Assembly: GCF_003334785.1 (NCBI RefSeq)
Contig: NZ_QOWV01000002.1
DNA: 64,000 bases
DNA from: Escherichia coli
Lineage (GTDB): Bacteria; Pseudomonadota; Gammaproteobacteria; Enterobacterales; Enterobacteriaceae
Direction: 5' to 3' (one strand)
The notes under the pieces were generated by a model. That model did not search any database, was not told where the DNA came from, and worked only from the letters and a program-made list of their open reading frames with translations. This document shows positions 11,410 through 22,868 of the stretch, piece after piece. Numbering within the stretch: the first letter of the stretch is position 1; each line of letters begins with the position of its first letter. Both the position numbers and the translations under genes were made by a program.

Positions 11410-12156
11410 ATGTTGCTTAGCATAATCACTGTCGCGTTTCGTAACCTCGAAGGGATAGTCAAAACACATGCCTCGCTGGCGCATCTGGCGCAGGCGGACG
11501 ATATCAGCTTCGAATGGATTGTTGTCGATGGCGGTTCCAACGACGGTACCCGTGAGTATCTGGAGAATCTCAATAGTATCTATAACCTACGCTTTGTCAG
11601 CGAGCCAGATAACGGTATCTACGACGCCATGAACAAGGGCATTGCGATGGCACAAGGCAAGTTCGCGTTGTTTCTCAACTCGGGCGATATTTTTCATCAG
11701 GATGCCGCAAATTTTGTTCGTAAGTTAAAAATGCAAAAAGATAACGTGATGATCACCGGCGATGCGCTGCTGGATTTTGGCGACGGGCATAAAATTAAGC
11801 GTAGTGCTAAACCGGGTTGGTATATTTATCACAGCCTGCCCGCCAGCCATCAGGCGATATTTTTCCCGGTATCCTGTTTGAAAAAATGGCGTTATGACCT
11901 GGAATATAAAGTTTCTTCTGATTACGCGCTGGCAGCTAAAATGTATAAAGCAGGTTATGCATTTAAAAAACTCAATGGCCTGGTGTCTGAATTTTCCATG
12001 GGTGGGGTATCAACCACCAATAATATGGAATTGTGTGCTGACGCCAAAAAAGTCCAACGGCAGATATTACATGTGCCTGGCTTCTGGGCAGAATTATCCT
12101 GGCATTTACGCCAGCGTACTACCTCAAAGACGAAAGCCTTATATAACAAAAGCTGA
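11410..12156 (+). CDS. wcaE: Colanic-acid glycosyltransferase WcaE (GT2)
   Basis: 248 aa; GT2 DGGSNDGT motif. Confidence 0.9.
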   Translation: MLLSIITVAFRNLEGIVKTHASLAHLAQADDISFEWIVVDGGSNDGTREYLENLNSIYNLRFVSEPDNGIYDAMNKGIAMAQGKFALFLNSGDIFHQDAANFVRKLKMQKDNVMITGDALLDFGDGHKIKRSAKPGWYIYHSLPASHQAIFFPVSCLKKWRYDLEYKVSSDYALAAKMYKAGYAFKKLNGLVSEFSMGGVSTTNNMELCADAKKVQRQILHVPGFWAELSWHLRQRTTSKTKALYNKS

Positions 12157-12157
12157 A

Positions 12158-12286
12158 TATACTCGTCATACTTCAAGTTGCATGTGCTGCGGATGCGTTC
12201 GTTCACCCCAGTCACTTACTTATGTAAGCTCCTGGGGATTCACTCTCTTGCCGCCTTCCTGCAACTCGAATTATTTAGAGTACATA
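12158..12286. repeat. ERIC / IRU element (enterobacterial repetitive intergenic consensus), reverse orientation
   Basis: Reverse complement of 12204..12245 reads gtgaatccccaggagcttacataagtaagtgactgggg, the ERIC core as recalled; imperfect palindrome fills the wcaE-wcaF gap. Confidence 0.7.
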
Positions 12287-12296
12287 AGGAAGACCA

Positions 12297-12845
12297 ATGC
12301 AAGATTTAAGCGGTTTCTCGGTGCCGAAAGGGTTCCGGGGCGGCAACGCTATTAAAGTGCAATTATGGTGGGCAGTACAGGCAACAATATTTGCCTGGTC
12401 GCCACAAGTATTGTATCGCTGGCGGGCATTTTTATTACGTTTATTCGGCGCAAAAATAGGAAAAAACGTAGTTATTCGTCCGTCAGTAAAAATTACCTAT
12501 CCGTGGAAATTAACCTTAGGTGATTACGCGTGGGTCGGCGATGACGTCAATTTATATACCCTCGGTGAAATAACCATTGGCGCACATTCGGTGATATCGC
12601 AAAAAAGTTATTTATGCACCGGTAGCCACGACCATGCAAGTCAACATTTCACCATTAACGCCACGCCTATTGTGATTGGCGAGAAATGCTGGCTGGCAAC
12701 CGATGTCTTTGTTGCCCCAGGCGTCACAATCGGCGACGGCACCGTCGTGGGTGCACGAAGCAGTGTTTTTAAATCGCTTCCGGCAAATGTGGTTTGCCGG
12801 GGGAATCCCGCAGTGGTGATACGCGAACGCGTTGAAACTGAATAA
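12297..12845 (+). CDS. wcaF: Colanic-acid acetyltransferase WcaF (hexapeptide-repeat)
   Basis: 182 aa; hexapeptide repeats. Confidence 0.9.
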   Translation: MQDLSGFSVPKGFRGGNAIKVQLWWAVQATIFAWSPQVLYRWRAFLLRLFGAKIGKNVVIRPSVKITYPWKLTLGDYAWVGDDVNLYTLGEITIGAHSVISQKSYLCTGSHDHASQHFTINATPIVIGEKCWLATDVFVAPGVTIGDGTVVGARSSVFKSLPANVVCRGNPAVVIRERVETE

Positions 12846-12870
12846 ATTCAAAAATACAGAGGAATAAGAC

Positions 12871-13992
12871 ATGTCAAAAGTTGCTCTCATCACCGGTGTA
12901 ACCGGACAAGACGGTTCTTACCTGGCAGAGTTTCTGCTGGAAAAAGGTTACGAGGTGCATGGTATTAAGCGTCGCGCATCGTCATTCAACACCGAGCGCG
13001 TGGATCACATTTATCAGGATCCGCACACCTGCAACCCGAAATTCCATCTGCATTATGGCGACCTGAGTGATACCTCTAACCTGACGCGCATTTTGCGTGA
13101 AGTACAGCCGGATGAAGTGTACAACCTGGGCGCAATGAGCCACGTTGCGGTCTCTTTTGAGTCACCAGAATATACCGCTGACGTCGACGCGATGGGTACG
13201 CTGCGCCTGCTGGAGGCGATCCGCTTCCTCGGTCTGGAAAAGAAAACTCGTTTCTATCAGGCTTCCACCTCTGAACTGTATGGTCTGGTGCAGGAAATTC
13301 CGCAGAAAGAAACCACGCCGTTCTACCCGCGATCTCCGTATGCGGTCGCCAAACTGTACGCCTACTGGATCACCGTTAACTACCGCGAATCCTACGGCAT
13401 GTACGCTTGTAACGGTATTCTCTTCAACCATGAATCCCCGCGCCGCGGCGAAACCTTCGTTACCCGCAAAATCACCCGCGCAATCGCCAACATCGCCCAG
13501 GGGCTGGAGTCGTGCCTGTACCTCGGCAATATGGATTCCCTGCGTGACTGGGGCCACGCCAAAGACTACGTAAAAATGCAGTGGATGATGCTGCAACAGG
13601 AACAGCCGGAAGATTTCGTTATCGCGACCGGCGTTCAGTACTCCGTACGTCAGTTCGTGGAAATGGCAGCGGCACAGCTGGGCATCAAACTGCGCTTTGA
13701 AGGCACGGGTGTTGAAGAGAAGGGCATTGTGGTTTCCGTCACCGGGCATGACGCGCCGGGCGTTAAACCGGGTGATGTGATTATCGCCGTTGATCCGCGT
13801 TACTTCCGTCCGGCAGAAGTTGAAACGCTGCTCGGCGACCCGACCAAAGCGCACGAAAAACTGGGCTGGAAACCGGAAATCACCCTCAGAGAGATGGTGT
13901 CTGAAATGGTGGCTAATGACCTCGAAGCGGCGAAAAAACACTCTCTGCTGAAATCTCACGGCTACGACGTGGCGATCGCGCTGGAGTCATAA
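12871..13992 (+). CDS. gmd: GDP-mannose 4,6-dehydratase
   Basis: 373 aa; N-terminal [12 protein letters not shown] Rossmann motif; recalled Gmd sequence. Confidence 0.95.
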
Positions 13993-13994
13993 GC

Positions 13995-14960
13995 ATGAGT
14001 AGACAACGCATTTTTATCGCTGGCCATCGCGGAATGGTCGGTTCCGCCATCACGCGGCAGCTCGAACAGCGCGGTGATGTGGAACTGGTATTACGCATCC
14101 GCGACGAGCTGAACCTGCTGGACAGCCGCGCGGTGCATGATTTCTTTGCCAGCGAACGTATTGACCAGGTCTATCTGGCGGCGGCGAAAGTGGGCGGCAT
14201 TGTTGCCAACAACACGTATCCGGCGGATTTCATCTACCAGAACATGATGATTGAGAGCAACATCATTCACGCCGCGCATCAGAACGACGTGAACAAACTG
14301 CTGTTTCTCGGATCGTCCTGTATCTACCCGAAACTGGCAAAACAGCCGATGGCAGAAAGCGAGTTGTTGCAGGGTACGCTGGAGCCGACCAACGAGCCTT
14401 ATGCCATTGCCAAAATCGCCGGGATCAAACTGTGCGAATCATACAACCGCCAGTATGGACGCGATTACCGCTCTGTCATGCCGACCAACCTGTACGGGCC
14501 GCATGACAACTTCCACCCGAGTAATTCGCATGTGATCCCTGCATTGCTGCGTCGCTTCCACGAGGCGACGGCACAGAATGCACCGGACGTGGTGGTATGG
14601 GGCAGCGGTACACCGATGCGTGAATTCCTGCACGTCGATGATATGGCGGCGGCGAGCATTCATGTCATGGAGCTGGCGCACGAAGTCTGGCTGGAGAACA
14701 CCCAGCCGATGCTGTCGCACATTAACGTCGGTACGGGCGTTGACTGCACTATCCGCGAGCTGGCGCAAACCATCGCCAAAGTGGTGGGTTACAAAGGTCG
14801 GGTGGTTTTTGATGCCAGCAAACCGGATGGTACGCCGCGCAAACTGCTTGATGTGACGCGCCTGCATCAGCTTGGCTGGTATCACGAAATCTCACTGGAA
14901 GCGGGGCTTGCCAGCACTTACCAGTGGTTCCTTGAGAATCAAGACCGCTTTCGGGGGTAA
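13995..14960 (+). CDS. fcl: GDP-L-fucose synthase
   Basis: 321 aa; NAD(P)-binding epimerase/reductase fold; directly after gmd. Confidence 0.95.
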   Translation: MSRQRIFIAGHRGMVGSAITRQLEQRGDVELVLRIRDELNLLDSRAVHDFFASERIDQVYLAAAKVGGIVANNTYPADFIYQNMMIESNIIHAAHQNDVNKLLFLGSSCIYPKLAKQPMAESELLQGTLEPTNEPYAIAKIAGIKLCESYNRQYGRDYRSVMPTNLYGPHDNFHPSNSHVIPALLRRFHEATAQNAPDVVVWGSGTPMREFLHVDDMAAASIHVMELAHEVWLENTQPMLSHINVGTGVDCTIRELAQTIAKVVGYKGRVVFDASKPDGTPRKLLDVTRLHQLGWYHEISLEAGLASTYQWFLENQDRFRG

Positions 14961-15442
14961 TGATGTTTTTACGTCAGGAAGACTTTGCCACGGTAGTGCG
15001 CTCCACCCCGCTTGTCTCTCTCGACTTTATTGTCGAGAACAGTCGCGGCGAGTTTCTGCTTGGCAAAAGAACCAACCGCCCGGCGCAGGGTTACTGGTTT
15101 GTGCCGGGAGGGCGCGTGCAGAAAGACGAAACGCTGGAAGCCGCATTTGAGCGGCTGACGATGGCGGAACTGGGGCTGCGTCTGCCGATAACAGCAGGCC
15201 AGTTTTACGGTGTCTGGCAGCACTTTTATGACGATAACTTCTCCGGCACGGATTTCACCACTCACTATGTGGTGCTCGGTTTTCGCTTCAGAGTAGCGGA
15301 AGAAGAACTGTTACTGCCGGATGAGCAGCATGACGATTACCGCTGGCTGACGCCGGACGCACTGCTCGCCAGTGACAATGTTCACGCTAACAGCCGCGCC
15401 TATTTTCTCGCTGAGAAGCGTGCCGGAGTACCCGGATTATGA
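14960..15442 (+). CDS. gmm: GDP-mannose mannosyl hydrolase (Nudix; also called wcaH/nudD)
   Basis: 160 aa Nudix-sized protein after fcl. Confidence 0.9.
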   Translation: MMFLRQEDFATVVRSTPLVSLDFIVENSRGEFLLGKRTNRPAQGYWFVPGGRVQKDETLEAAFERLTMAELGLRLPITAGQFYGVWQHFYDDNFSGTDFTTHYVVLGFRFRVAEEELLLPDEQHDDYRWLTPDALLASDNVHANSRAYFLAEKRAGVPGL

Positions 15443-16662
15443 AAATACTGGTCTACGGCATTAACTACTCGCCGGAGTTAACCGGCATCGGCAAATACAC
15501 TGGCGAGATGGTGGAATGGCTGGTAGCACAAGGTCATGAGGTGCGGGTCATTACCGCACCGCCTTACTACCCGCAGTGGCAGGTGGGCGAGAACTATTCC
15601 GCCTGGCGCTACAAACGAGAAGAGGGGGCCGCCACGGTGTGGCGCTGCCCGCTGTACGTGCCAAAACAGCCGAGCACCCTGAAACGCCTGTTACATCTCG
15701 GCAGTTTTGCCGTCAGCAGTTTCTTTCCTCTGATGGCGCAACGTCGCTGGAAGCCGGATCGCATTATCGGCGTGGTGCCAACGCTGTTTTGCACGCCGGG
15801 AATGCGCCTGCTGGCGAAACTCTCTGGTGCGCGTACCGTGCTGCATATTCAGGATTACGAAGTGGACGCCATGCTGGGGCTGGGCCTTGCCGGAAAAGGC
15901 AAAGGCGGCAAAGTTGCACAGCTGGCAACGGCGTTCGAACGTAGCGGACTGCATAACGTCGATAACGTCTCCACGATTTCGCGCTCAATGATGAATAAAG
16001 CCATCGAAAAAGGCGTGGCGGCGGAAAACGTCATCTTCTTCCCCAACTGGTCGGAAATTGCCCGTTTTCAGCATATTGCAGATGCCGATGTTGATGCCCT
16101 TCGTAACCAGCTTGGCCTGCCGGATAACAAAAAAATCATTCTTTACTCCGGCAATATTGGTGAAAAGCAGGGGCTGGAAAACGTTATTGAAGCTGCCGAT
16201 CTCCTGCGCGATGAACCGCTGATTTTTGCCATTGTCGGGCAGGGCGGCGGCAAAGCGCGGCTGGAAAAAATGGCGCAACAGCGTGGTCTGCGCAACATGC
16301 AATTTTTTCCGCTGCAATCGTATGACGCTTTACCCGCACTGCTGAAGATGGGCGATTGCCATCTGGTGGTGCAAAAACGCGGCGCGGCAGATGCCGTATT
16401 GCCGTCGAAACTGACCAATATTCTGGCGGTAGGCGGTAACGCGGTGATTACTGCAGAAGCCCACACAGAACTGGGACAGCTTTGCGAAACCTTTCCGGGC
16501 ATTGCGGTTTGCGTTGAACCGGAATCGGTCGAGGCGCTGGTGGCGGGGATTCGTCAGGCGCTCCTGCTGCCCAAACACAACACGGTGGCACGTGAATATG
16601 CCGAACGCACGCTCGATAAAGAGAACGTGTTACGTCAATTTATAAATGATATTCGGGGATAA
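15439..16662 (+). CDS. wcaI: Colanic-acid glycosyltransferase WcaI (GT4)
   Basis: 407 aa; position. Confidence 0.9.
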   Translation: MKILVYGINYSPELTGIGKYTGEMVEWLVAQGHEVRVITAPPYYPQWQVGENYSAWRYKREEGAATVWRCPLYVPKQPSTLKRLLHLGSFAVSSFFPLMAQRRWKPDRIIGVVPTLFCTPGMRLLAKLSGARTVLHIQDYEVDAMLGLGLAGKGKGGKVAQLATAFERSGLHNVDNVSTISRSMMNKAIEKGVAAENVIFFPNWSEIARFQHIADADVDALRNQLGLPDNKKIILYSGNIGEKQGLENVIEAADLLRDEPLIFAIVGQGGGKARLEKMAQQRGLRNMQFFPLQSYDALPALLKMGDCHLVVQKRGAADAVLPSKLTNILAVGGNAVITAEAHTELGQLCETFPGIAVCVEPESVEALVAGIRQALLLPKHNTVAREYAERTLDKENVLRQFINDIRG

Positions 16663-16664
16663 TT

Positions 16665-18101
16665 ATGGCGCAGTCGAAACTCTATCCAGTTGTGATGGCA
16701 GGTGGCTCCGGTAGCCGCTTATGGCCGCTTTCCCGCGTACTTTACCCCAAGCAGTTTTTATGCCTGAAAGGCGATCTCACCATGCTGCAAACCACCATCT
16801 GCCGCCTGAAAGGCGTAGAGTGCGAAAGCCCGGTGGTGATTTGCAATGAGCAGCACCGCTTTATTGTCGCGGAACAGCTGCGCCAACTGAACAAACTCAC
16901 CGAGAACATTATTCTCGAACCGGCAGGGCGTAACACTGCACCAGCCATTGCGCTGGCGGCGCTGGCGGCAACACGTCATAGTCCGGAGAGCGACCCGTTA
17001 ATGCTGGTGCTGGCGGCGGATCATGTGATTGCCGATGAAGACGCGTTCCGTGCCGCCGTGCGTAATGCCATGCCGTATGCCGAAGCGGGCAAGCTGGTGA
17101 CCTTTGGCATTGTGCCGGATCTACCAGAAACCGGTTATGGCTATATTCTTCGCGGTGAAGTATCTGCGGGCGAGCAGGATACGGTGGCCTTTGAAGTGGC
17201 GCAGTTTGTCGAAAAACCGAATCTGGAAACCGCCCAGGCCTATGTGGCAAGCGGCGAATATTACTGGAACAGCGGCATGTTCCTGTTCCGTGCCGGACGC
17301 TATCTCGAAGAACTGAAAAAATATCGTCCGGATATTCTCGATGCCTGCGAAAAAGCGATGAGCGCCGTCGATCCGGATCTCGATTTTATTCGCGTGGATG
17401 AAGAAGCGTTTCTCGCCTGCCCGGAAGAGTCGGTGGATTACGCGGTCATGGAACGTACGGCAGATGCCGTTGTGGTGCCGATGGATGCGGGCTGGAGCGA
17501 TGTCGGTTCCTGGTCCTCTTTATGGGAGATCAGCGCCCACACCGCGGAAGGCAACGTTTGCCACGGCGATGTGATTAATCACAAAACTGAAAACAGCTAT
17601 GTGTACGCCGAATCTGGCCTGGTCACCACCGTCGGGGTGAAAGATCTGGTGGTGGTGCAGACCAAAGATGCGGTGCTGATTGCCGACCGTAACGCGGTGC
17701 AGGATGTGAAAAAAGTGGTCGAGCAGATCAAAGCCGATGGTCGCCATGAGCATCGGGTGCATCGCGAAGTCTATCGCCCGTGGGGCAAATATGACTCTAT
17801 CGACGCGGGCGACCGCTACCAGGTGAAACGCATCACCGTGAAACCGGGCGAAGGCTTGTCGGTACAGATGCACCATCACCGCGCGGAACACTGGGTGGTG
17901 GTCGCGGGAACGGCAAAAGTCACTATCGACGGTGATATCAAACTGCTTGGTGAAAACGAGTCCATTTATATTCCGCTGGGGGCGACGCATTGCCTGGAAA
18001 ACCCGGGGAAAATTCCGCTCGATTTAATTGAAGTGCGCTCCGGCTCTTATCTCGAAGAGGATGATGTGGTGCGCTTCGCGGATCGCTACGGACGGGTGTA
18101 A
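16665..18101 (+). CDS. cpsB: Mannose-1-phosphate guanylyltransferase (colanic-acid copy)
   Basis: 478 aa; N-terminal [13 protein letters not shown] nucleotidyltransferase motif and cupin-like C-terminus. Confidence 0.95.
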   Translation: MAQSKLYPVVMAGGSGSRLWPLSRVLYPKQFLCLKGDLTMLQTTICRLKGVECESPVVICNEQHRFIVAEQLRQLNKLTENIILEPAGRNTAPAIALAALAATRHSPESDPLMLVLAADHVIADEDAFRAAVRNAMPYAEAGKLVTFGIVPDLPETGYGYILRGEVSAGEQDTVAFEVAQFVEKPNLETAQAYVASGEYYWNSGMFLFRAGRYLEELKKYRPDILDACEKAMSAVDPDLDFIRVDEEAFLACPEESVDYAVMERTADAVVVPMDAGWSDVGSWSSLWEISAHTAEGNVCHGDVINHKTENSYVYAESGLVTTVGVKDLVVVQTKDAVLIADRNAVQDVKKVVEQIKADGRHEHRVHREVYRPWGKYDSIDAGDRYQVKRITVKPGEGLSVQMHHHRAEHWVVVAGTAKVTIDGDIKLLGENESIYIPLGATHCLENPGKIPLDLIEVRSGSYLEEDDVVRFADRYGRV

Positions 18102-18104
18102 ACG

Positions 18105-18215
<111 letters not shown>

Positions 18216-18293
18216 ACCGAGATGTAAATAACGACAAAAACAAAATTGGCCGTTTCGGTCAGGGCCAACTATTGCCTGAAAAAGGGTAACGAC

Positions 18294-19664
18294 ATGAAAA
18301 AATTAACCTGCTTTAAAGCCTATGATATTCGCGGGAAATTAGGCGAAGAACTGAATGAAGATATCGCCTGGCGCATTGGTCGCGCCTATGGCGAATTTCT
18401 CAAACCGAAAACCATTGTGTTAGGCGGTGATGTCCGTCTCACCAGCGAAACCTTAAAACTGGCGCTGGCAAAAGGTTTACAGGATGCGGGCGTTGACGTG
18501 TTGGATATTGGTATGTCCGGCACCGAAGAGATCTATTTCGCCACGTTCCATCTCGGCGTGGATGGCGGCATTGAAGTTACCGCCAGCCATAATCCGATGG
18601 ATTATAACGGCATGAAACTGGTGCGCGAAGGGGCTCGCCCAATCAGCGGTGATACCGGACTGCGCGACGTCCAGCGTCTGGCAGAAGCCAACGACTTTCC
18701 TCCCGTCGATGAAACCAAACGCGGTCGCTATCAGCAAATCAACCTGCGTGACGCTTACGTTGATCACCTGTTCGGTTATATCAATGTCAAAAACCTCACG
18801 CCGCTCAAGCTGGTGATCAACTCCGGGAACGGCGCAGCGGGTCCGGTGGTGGACGCTATCGAAGCCCGCTTTAAAGCCCTCGGCGCACCTGTGGAATTGA
18901 TCAAAGTGCACAACACGCCGGACGGCAATTTCCCCAACGGTATTCCTAACCCGCTGCTGCCGGAATGTCGCGACGACACCCGCAATGCGGTCATCAAACA
19001 CGGCGCGGATATGGGCATTGCCTTTGATGGCGATTTTGACCGCTGTTTTCTGTTTGACGAAAAAGGGCAGTTTATCGAGGGCTACTACATTGTCGGCCTG
19101 CTGGCAGAAGCGTTCCTCGAAAAAAATCCCGGCGCGAAGATCATCCACGATCCACGTCTCTCCTGGAACACCGTTGATGTGGTGACTGCCGCAGGTGGCA
19201 CGCCGGTAATGTCGAAAACCGGACACGCCTTTATTAAAGAACGTATGCGCAAGGAGGACGCCATCTACGGTGGCGAAATGAGCGCCCACCATTACTTCCG
19301 TGATTTCGCTTACTGCGACAGCGGCATGATCCCGTGGCTGCTGGTCGCCGAACTGGTGTGCCTGAAAGGAAAAACGCTGGGCGAACTGGTGCGCGACCGG
19401 ATGGCTGCGTTTCCGGCAAGCGGTGAGATCAACAGCAAACTGGCGCAACCCGTTGAGGCGATTAATCGCGTCGAACAGCATTTTAGCCGTGAGGCGCTGG
19501 CGGTGGATCGTACCGATGGCATCAGCATGACCTTTGCCGACTGGCGCTTTAACCTGCGCACCTCCAACACCGAACCGGTGGTGCGCCTGAATGTGGAATC
19601 GCGCGGTGATGTGCCGCTGATGGAAGCGCGAACGCGAACTCTGCTGACGTTGCTGAACGAGTAA
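18294..19664 (+). CDS. cpsG: Phosphomannomutase (colanic-acid copy)
   Basis: 456 aa from [14 protein letters not shown]; phosphohexomutase active-site region TASHNP. Confidence 0.95.
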   Translation: MKKLTCFKAYDIRGKLGEELNEDIAWRIGRAYGEFLKPKTIVLGGDVRLTSETLKLALAKGLQDAGVDVLDIGMSGTEEIYFATFHLGVDGGIEVTASHNPMDYNGMKLVREGARPISGDTGLRDVQRLAEANDFPPVDETKRGRYQQINLRDAYVDHLFGYINVKNLTPLKLVINSGNGAAGPVVDAIEARFKALGAPVELIKVHNTPDGNFPNGIPNPLLPECRDDTRNAVIKHGADMGIAFDGDFDRCFLFDEKGQFIEGYYIVGLLAEAFLEKNPGAKIIHDPRLSWNTVDVVTAAGGTPVMSKTGHAFIKERMRKEDAIYGGEMSAHHYFRDFAYCDSGMIPWLLVAELVCLKGKTLGELVRDRMAAFPASGEINSKLAQPVEAINRVEQHFSREALAVDRTDGISMTFADWRFNLRTSNTEPVVRLNVESRGDVPLMEARTRTLLTLLNE

Positions 19665-19718
19665 TGTCGGATCTTCCCTTACCCCATTGCGGGTAAGGGG
19701 CTATTAACAGGAACAACG

Positions 19719-21113
19719 ATGACAAATCTAAAAAAGCGCGAGCGAGCGAAAACCAATGCATCGTTAATCTCTATGGTGCAACGCTTTTCAGATATCACCA
19801 TCATGTTTGCCGGACTATGGCTGGTTTGCGAAGTGAGCGGCCTGTCATTCCTCTACATGCACCTGTTGGTGGCACTGATTACGCTGGTGGTGTTCCAGAT
19901 GTTGGGCGGCATCACCGATTTTTATCGCTCATGGCGCGGTGTTCGGGCAGCGACAGAATTTGCTCTGTTGCTACAAAACTGGACGTTAAGCGTGATTTTC
20001 AGCGCCGGACTGGTGGCGTTCAACAATGATTTCGACACGCAACTGAAAATCTGGCTGGCGTGGTATGGGCTGACCAGCATCGGACTGGTGGTTTGCCGTT
20101 CATGTATTCGCATTGGGGCGGGCTGGCTGCGTAATCATGGCTATAACAAGCGCATGGTCGCGGTGGCGGGGGATTTAGCCGCCGGGCAAATGCTGATGGA
20201 GAGCTTCCGTAACCAGCCGTGGTTAGGGTTTGAAGTGGTGGGCGTTTACCACGACCCGAAACCGGGCGGCGTTTCTAACGACTGGGCGGGTAACCTGCAA
20301 CAGCTGGTCGAGGATGCTAAAGCAGGCAAGATTCATAATGTCTATATCGCGATGCAAATGTGCGACGGCGCGCGAGTGAAAAAACTGGTCCATCAATTGG
20401 CGGACACCACCTGTTCGGTGCTGCTGATCCCCGACGTCTTTACCTTCAATATTCTTCATTCCCGTATCGAAGAGATGAACGGCGTTCCGGTGGTGCCGCT
20501 GTATGACACGCCGCTTTCCGGGGTTAACCGCCTGATAAAACGTGCGGAAGACATTGTGCTGGCGACGCTTATTCTGCTGCTGATCTCCCCGGTGCTGTGC
20601 TGTATTGCGCTGGCGGTGAAACTCAGTTCACCAGGGCCGGTTATTTTCCGCCAGACTCGCTATGGCATGGATGGCAAGCCGATCAAAGTGTGGAAGTTTC
20701 GTTCCATGAAAGTGATGGAGAACGACAAAGTGGTGACCCAGGCGACGCAGAACGATCCGCGCGTCACCAAAGTGGGGAACTTTCTGCGCCGCACCTCGCT
20801 GGATGAATTGCCGCAGTTTATCAATGTGCTGACCGGCGGGATGTCGATTGTGGGGCCACGTCCGCACGCAGTAGCGCATAACGAACAGTATCGACAGCTC
20901 ATTGAAGGCTACATGCTGCGCCATAAGGTGAAACCGGGCATTACCGGCTGGGCGCAGATTAACGGCTGGCGCGGCGAAACCGACACGCTGGAGAAAATGG
21001 AAAAACGCGTCGAGTTCGACCTTGAGTACATCCGCGAATGGAGCGTCTGGTTCGATATCAAAATCGTTTTCCTGACGGTATTCAAAGGCTTCGTTAACAA
21101 AGCGGCATATTGA
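19719..21113 (+). CDS. wcaJ: Undecaprenyl-phosphate glucose-1-phosphate transferase WcaJ
   Basis: 464 aa; membrane N-terminus plus sugar-transferase C-terminal domain. Confidence 0.9.
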   Translation: MTNLKKRERAKTNASLISMVQRFSDITIMFAGLWLVCEVSGLSFLYMHLLVALITLVVFQMLGGITDFYRSWRGVRAATEFALLLQNWTLSVIFSAGLVAFNNDFDTQLKIWLAWYGLTSIGLVVCRSCIRIGAGWLRNHGYNKRMVAVAGDLAAGQMLMESFRNQPWLGFEVVGVYHDPKPGGVSNDWAGNLQQLVEDAKAGKIHNVYIAMQMCDGARVKKLVHQLADTTCSVLLIPDVFTFNILHSRIEEMNGVPVVPLYDTPLSGVNRLIKRAEDIVLATLILLLISPVLCCIALAVKLSSPGPVIFRQTRYGMDGKPIKVWKFRSMKVMENDKVVTQATQNDPRVTKVGNFLRRTSLDELPQFINVLTGGMSIVGPRPHAVAHNEQYRQLIEGYMLRHKVKPGITGWAQINGWRGETDTLEKMEKRVEFDLEYIREWSVWFDIKIVFLTVFKGFVNKAAY

Positions 21114-21114
21114 T

Positions 21115-22593
21115 ATGAGCTTACGTGAAAAAACCATCAGCGGCGCGAAGTGGTCGGCGATTGCCACGGTGATCATCATCGGTCTCGGGCTGGTGCAGAT
21201 GACCGTGCTGGCGCGGATCATCGACAACCACCAGTTCGGTTTGCTGACTGTGTCGCTGGTGATTATCGCGCTGGCAGATACGCTTTCTGACTTCGGTATC
21301 GCTAACTCGATTATTCAGCGAAAAGAAATCAGCCACCTTGAACTCACCACGTTGTACTGGCTGAACGTCGGGCTGGGGCTTGTGGTGTGCGTGGCGGTGT
21401 TTTTGTTGAGTGATCTCATCGGCGACGTGCTGAACAACCCGGACCTGGCACCGTTGATTAAAACATTGTCGCTGGCGTTTGTGGTGATCCCCCACGGGCA
21501 ACAGTTCCGCGCGTTGATGCAAAAAGAGCTGGAGTTCAACAAAATCGGCATGATCGAAACCAGCGCGGTGCTGGCGGGCTTCACTTTTACGGTGGTTAGC
21601 GCCCATTTCTGGCCGCTGGCGATGACCGCGATCCTCGGTTATCTGGTCAATAGTGCGGTAAGAACGCTGCTGTTTGGCTACTTTGGTCGAAAAATTTATC
21701 GCCCCGGTCTGCATTTCTCGCTGGCGTCGGTGGCACCAAACTTACGCTTTGGTGCCTGGCTGACGGCGGACAGCATCATCAACTATCTCAATACCAACCT
21801 TTCAACGCTGGTGCTGGCGCGTATTCTCGGCGCGGGCGTGGCAGGGGGATACAACCTGGCGTACAACGTGGCCGTTGTGCCGCCGATGAAGCTGAACCCG
21901 ATCATCACCCGCGTGTTGTTTCCGGCGTTTGCCAAAATTCAGGACGACACCGAAAAGCTGCGCGTCAACTTCTACAAGCTGCTGTCGGTGGTGGGGATTA
22001 TCAACTTTCCGGCGCTGCTCGGGCTGATGGTGGTGTCGAATAATTTTGTACCGCTGGTCTTTGGTGAGAAGTGGAACAGCATTATTCCGGTGCTGCAATT
22101 GCTGTGTGTGGTGGGTCTGCTGCGCTCCGTAGGTAACCCGATTGGCTCGCTGCTGATGGCGAAAGCGCGGGTCGATATCAGCTTTAAATTCAACGTATTC
22201 AAAACATTTCTGTTTATTCCGGCGATTGTTATTGGTGGGCAGATGGCGGGCGCAATCGGTGTCACGCTTGGCTTCCTGCTGGTGCAGATTATCAACACCA
22301 TTCTGAGTTACTTCGTGATGATTAAACCGGTTCTTGGTTCCAGTTATCGCCAGTACATCCTGAGTTTGTGGCTGCCGTTTTATCTCTCGCTGCCGACGCT
22401 GGTGGTCAGTTATGCGCTGGGCATTGTGCTGAAAGGGCAACTGGCACTGGGGATGCTGCTGGCGGTGCAAATAGCCGCGGGCGTGCTGGCGTTTGTGGTG
22501 ATGATTGTGCTGTCGCGCCATCCGCTGGTGGTGGAAGTGAAGCGTCAGTTTTGTCGCAGCGAAAAAATGAAAATGCTTTTACGGGCGGGGTGA
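21115..22593 (+). CDS. wzxC: Colanic-acid repeat-unit flippase WzxC
   Basis: 492 aa polytopic membrane protein; position. Confidence 0.9.
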   Translation: MSLREKTISGAKWSAIATVIIIGLGLVQMTVLARIIDNHQFGLLTVSLVIIALADTLSDFGIANSIIQRKEISHLELTTLYWLNVGLGLVVCVAVFLLSDLIGDVLNNPDLAPLIKTLSLAFVVIPHGQQFRALMQKELEFNKIGMIETSAVLAGFTFTVVSAHFWPLAMTAILGYLVNSAVRTLLFGYFGRKIYRPGLHFSLASVAPNLRFGAWLTADSIINYLNTNLSTLVLARILGAGVAGGYNLAYNVAVVPPMKLNPIITRVLFPAFAKIQDDTEKLRVNFYKLLSVVGIINFPALLGLMVVSNNFVPLVFGEKWNSIIPVLQLLCVVGLLRSVGNPIGSLLMAKARVDISFKFNVFKTFLFIPAIVIGGQMAGAIGVTLGFLLVQIINTILSYFVMIKPVLGSSYRQYILSLWLPFYLSLPTLVVSYALGIVLKGQLALGMLLAVQIAAGVLAFVVMIVLSRHPLVVEVKRQFCRSEKMKMLLRAG

Positions 22594-22619
22594 GTTGCTG
22601 TTTTCGGTTCCGACAACGG

Positions 22620-22808
22620 TTGCCGGATGCGGCGTAAAACGCCTTATCCGTCCTACGGTTCTGTGCTCGGGACCTGTAGGCCTGATAAGACGCGTCAGCG
22701 TCGCATCAGGCACTGAATGCCGGATGCGGCGTGAACGCCTTATCCGGCCTACGGTTCTGTGCTCGGGTCTTGTAGGCCTGATAAGACGCGTCAGCGTCGC
22801 ATCAGGCA
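22620..22808. repeat. Tandem BIME: two near-identical units of about 100 bp, each with a pair of inverted REPs
   Basis: Motif gccggatgcggcgt.aacgccttatccg.cctacggttctgtgctcggg.cctgtaggcctgataagacgcgtcagcgtcgcatcaggca occurs twice in tandem. Confidence 0.75.
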
Positions 22809-22868
22809 AAAAGCGGCAACGAACAAAACAAACGCAGCCTCACCTGGCATCAAATTTATGAGGAAAAA

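Noticed and set aside
13162-13959. 265-aa minus-strand ORF inside gmd
   Set aside because: Antisense to gmd with no independent support.
18477-19481. 334-aa minus-strand ORF inside cpsG (and its twin 37766..38770 inside manB)
   Set aside because: Antisense artefact; the duplication only reflects near-identity of the two manB-type genes.
21802-22521. 239-aa minus-strand ORF inside wzxC, rich in His/Arg/Gln
   Set aside because: Antisense to a membrane-protein gene; low-complexity composition typical of a mirror frame.
22620-22808. Possible CRISPR array because of the tandem repeat
   Set aside because: Only two long units made of REP palindromes, no short direct repeats with unique spacers and no cas genes.
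22579-22861. Two short ORFs spanning the wzxC-wcaK gap
   Set aside because: They lie entirely within the tandem REP/BIME repeats; their repetitive peptides are a translation artefact.
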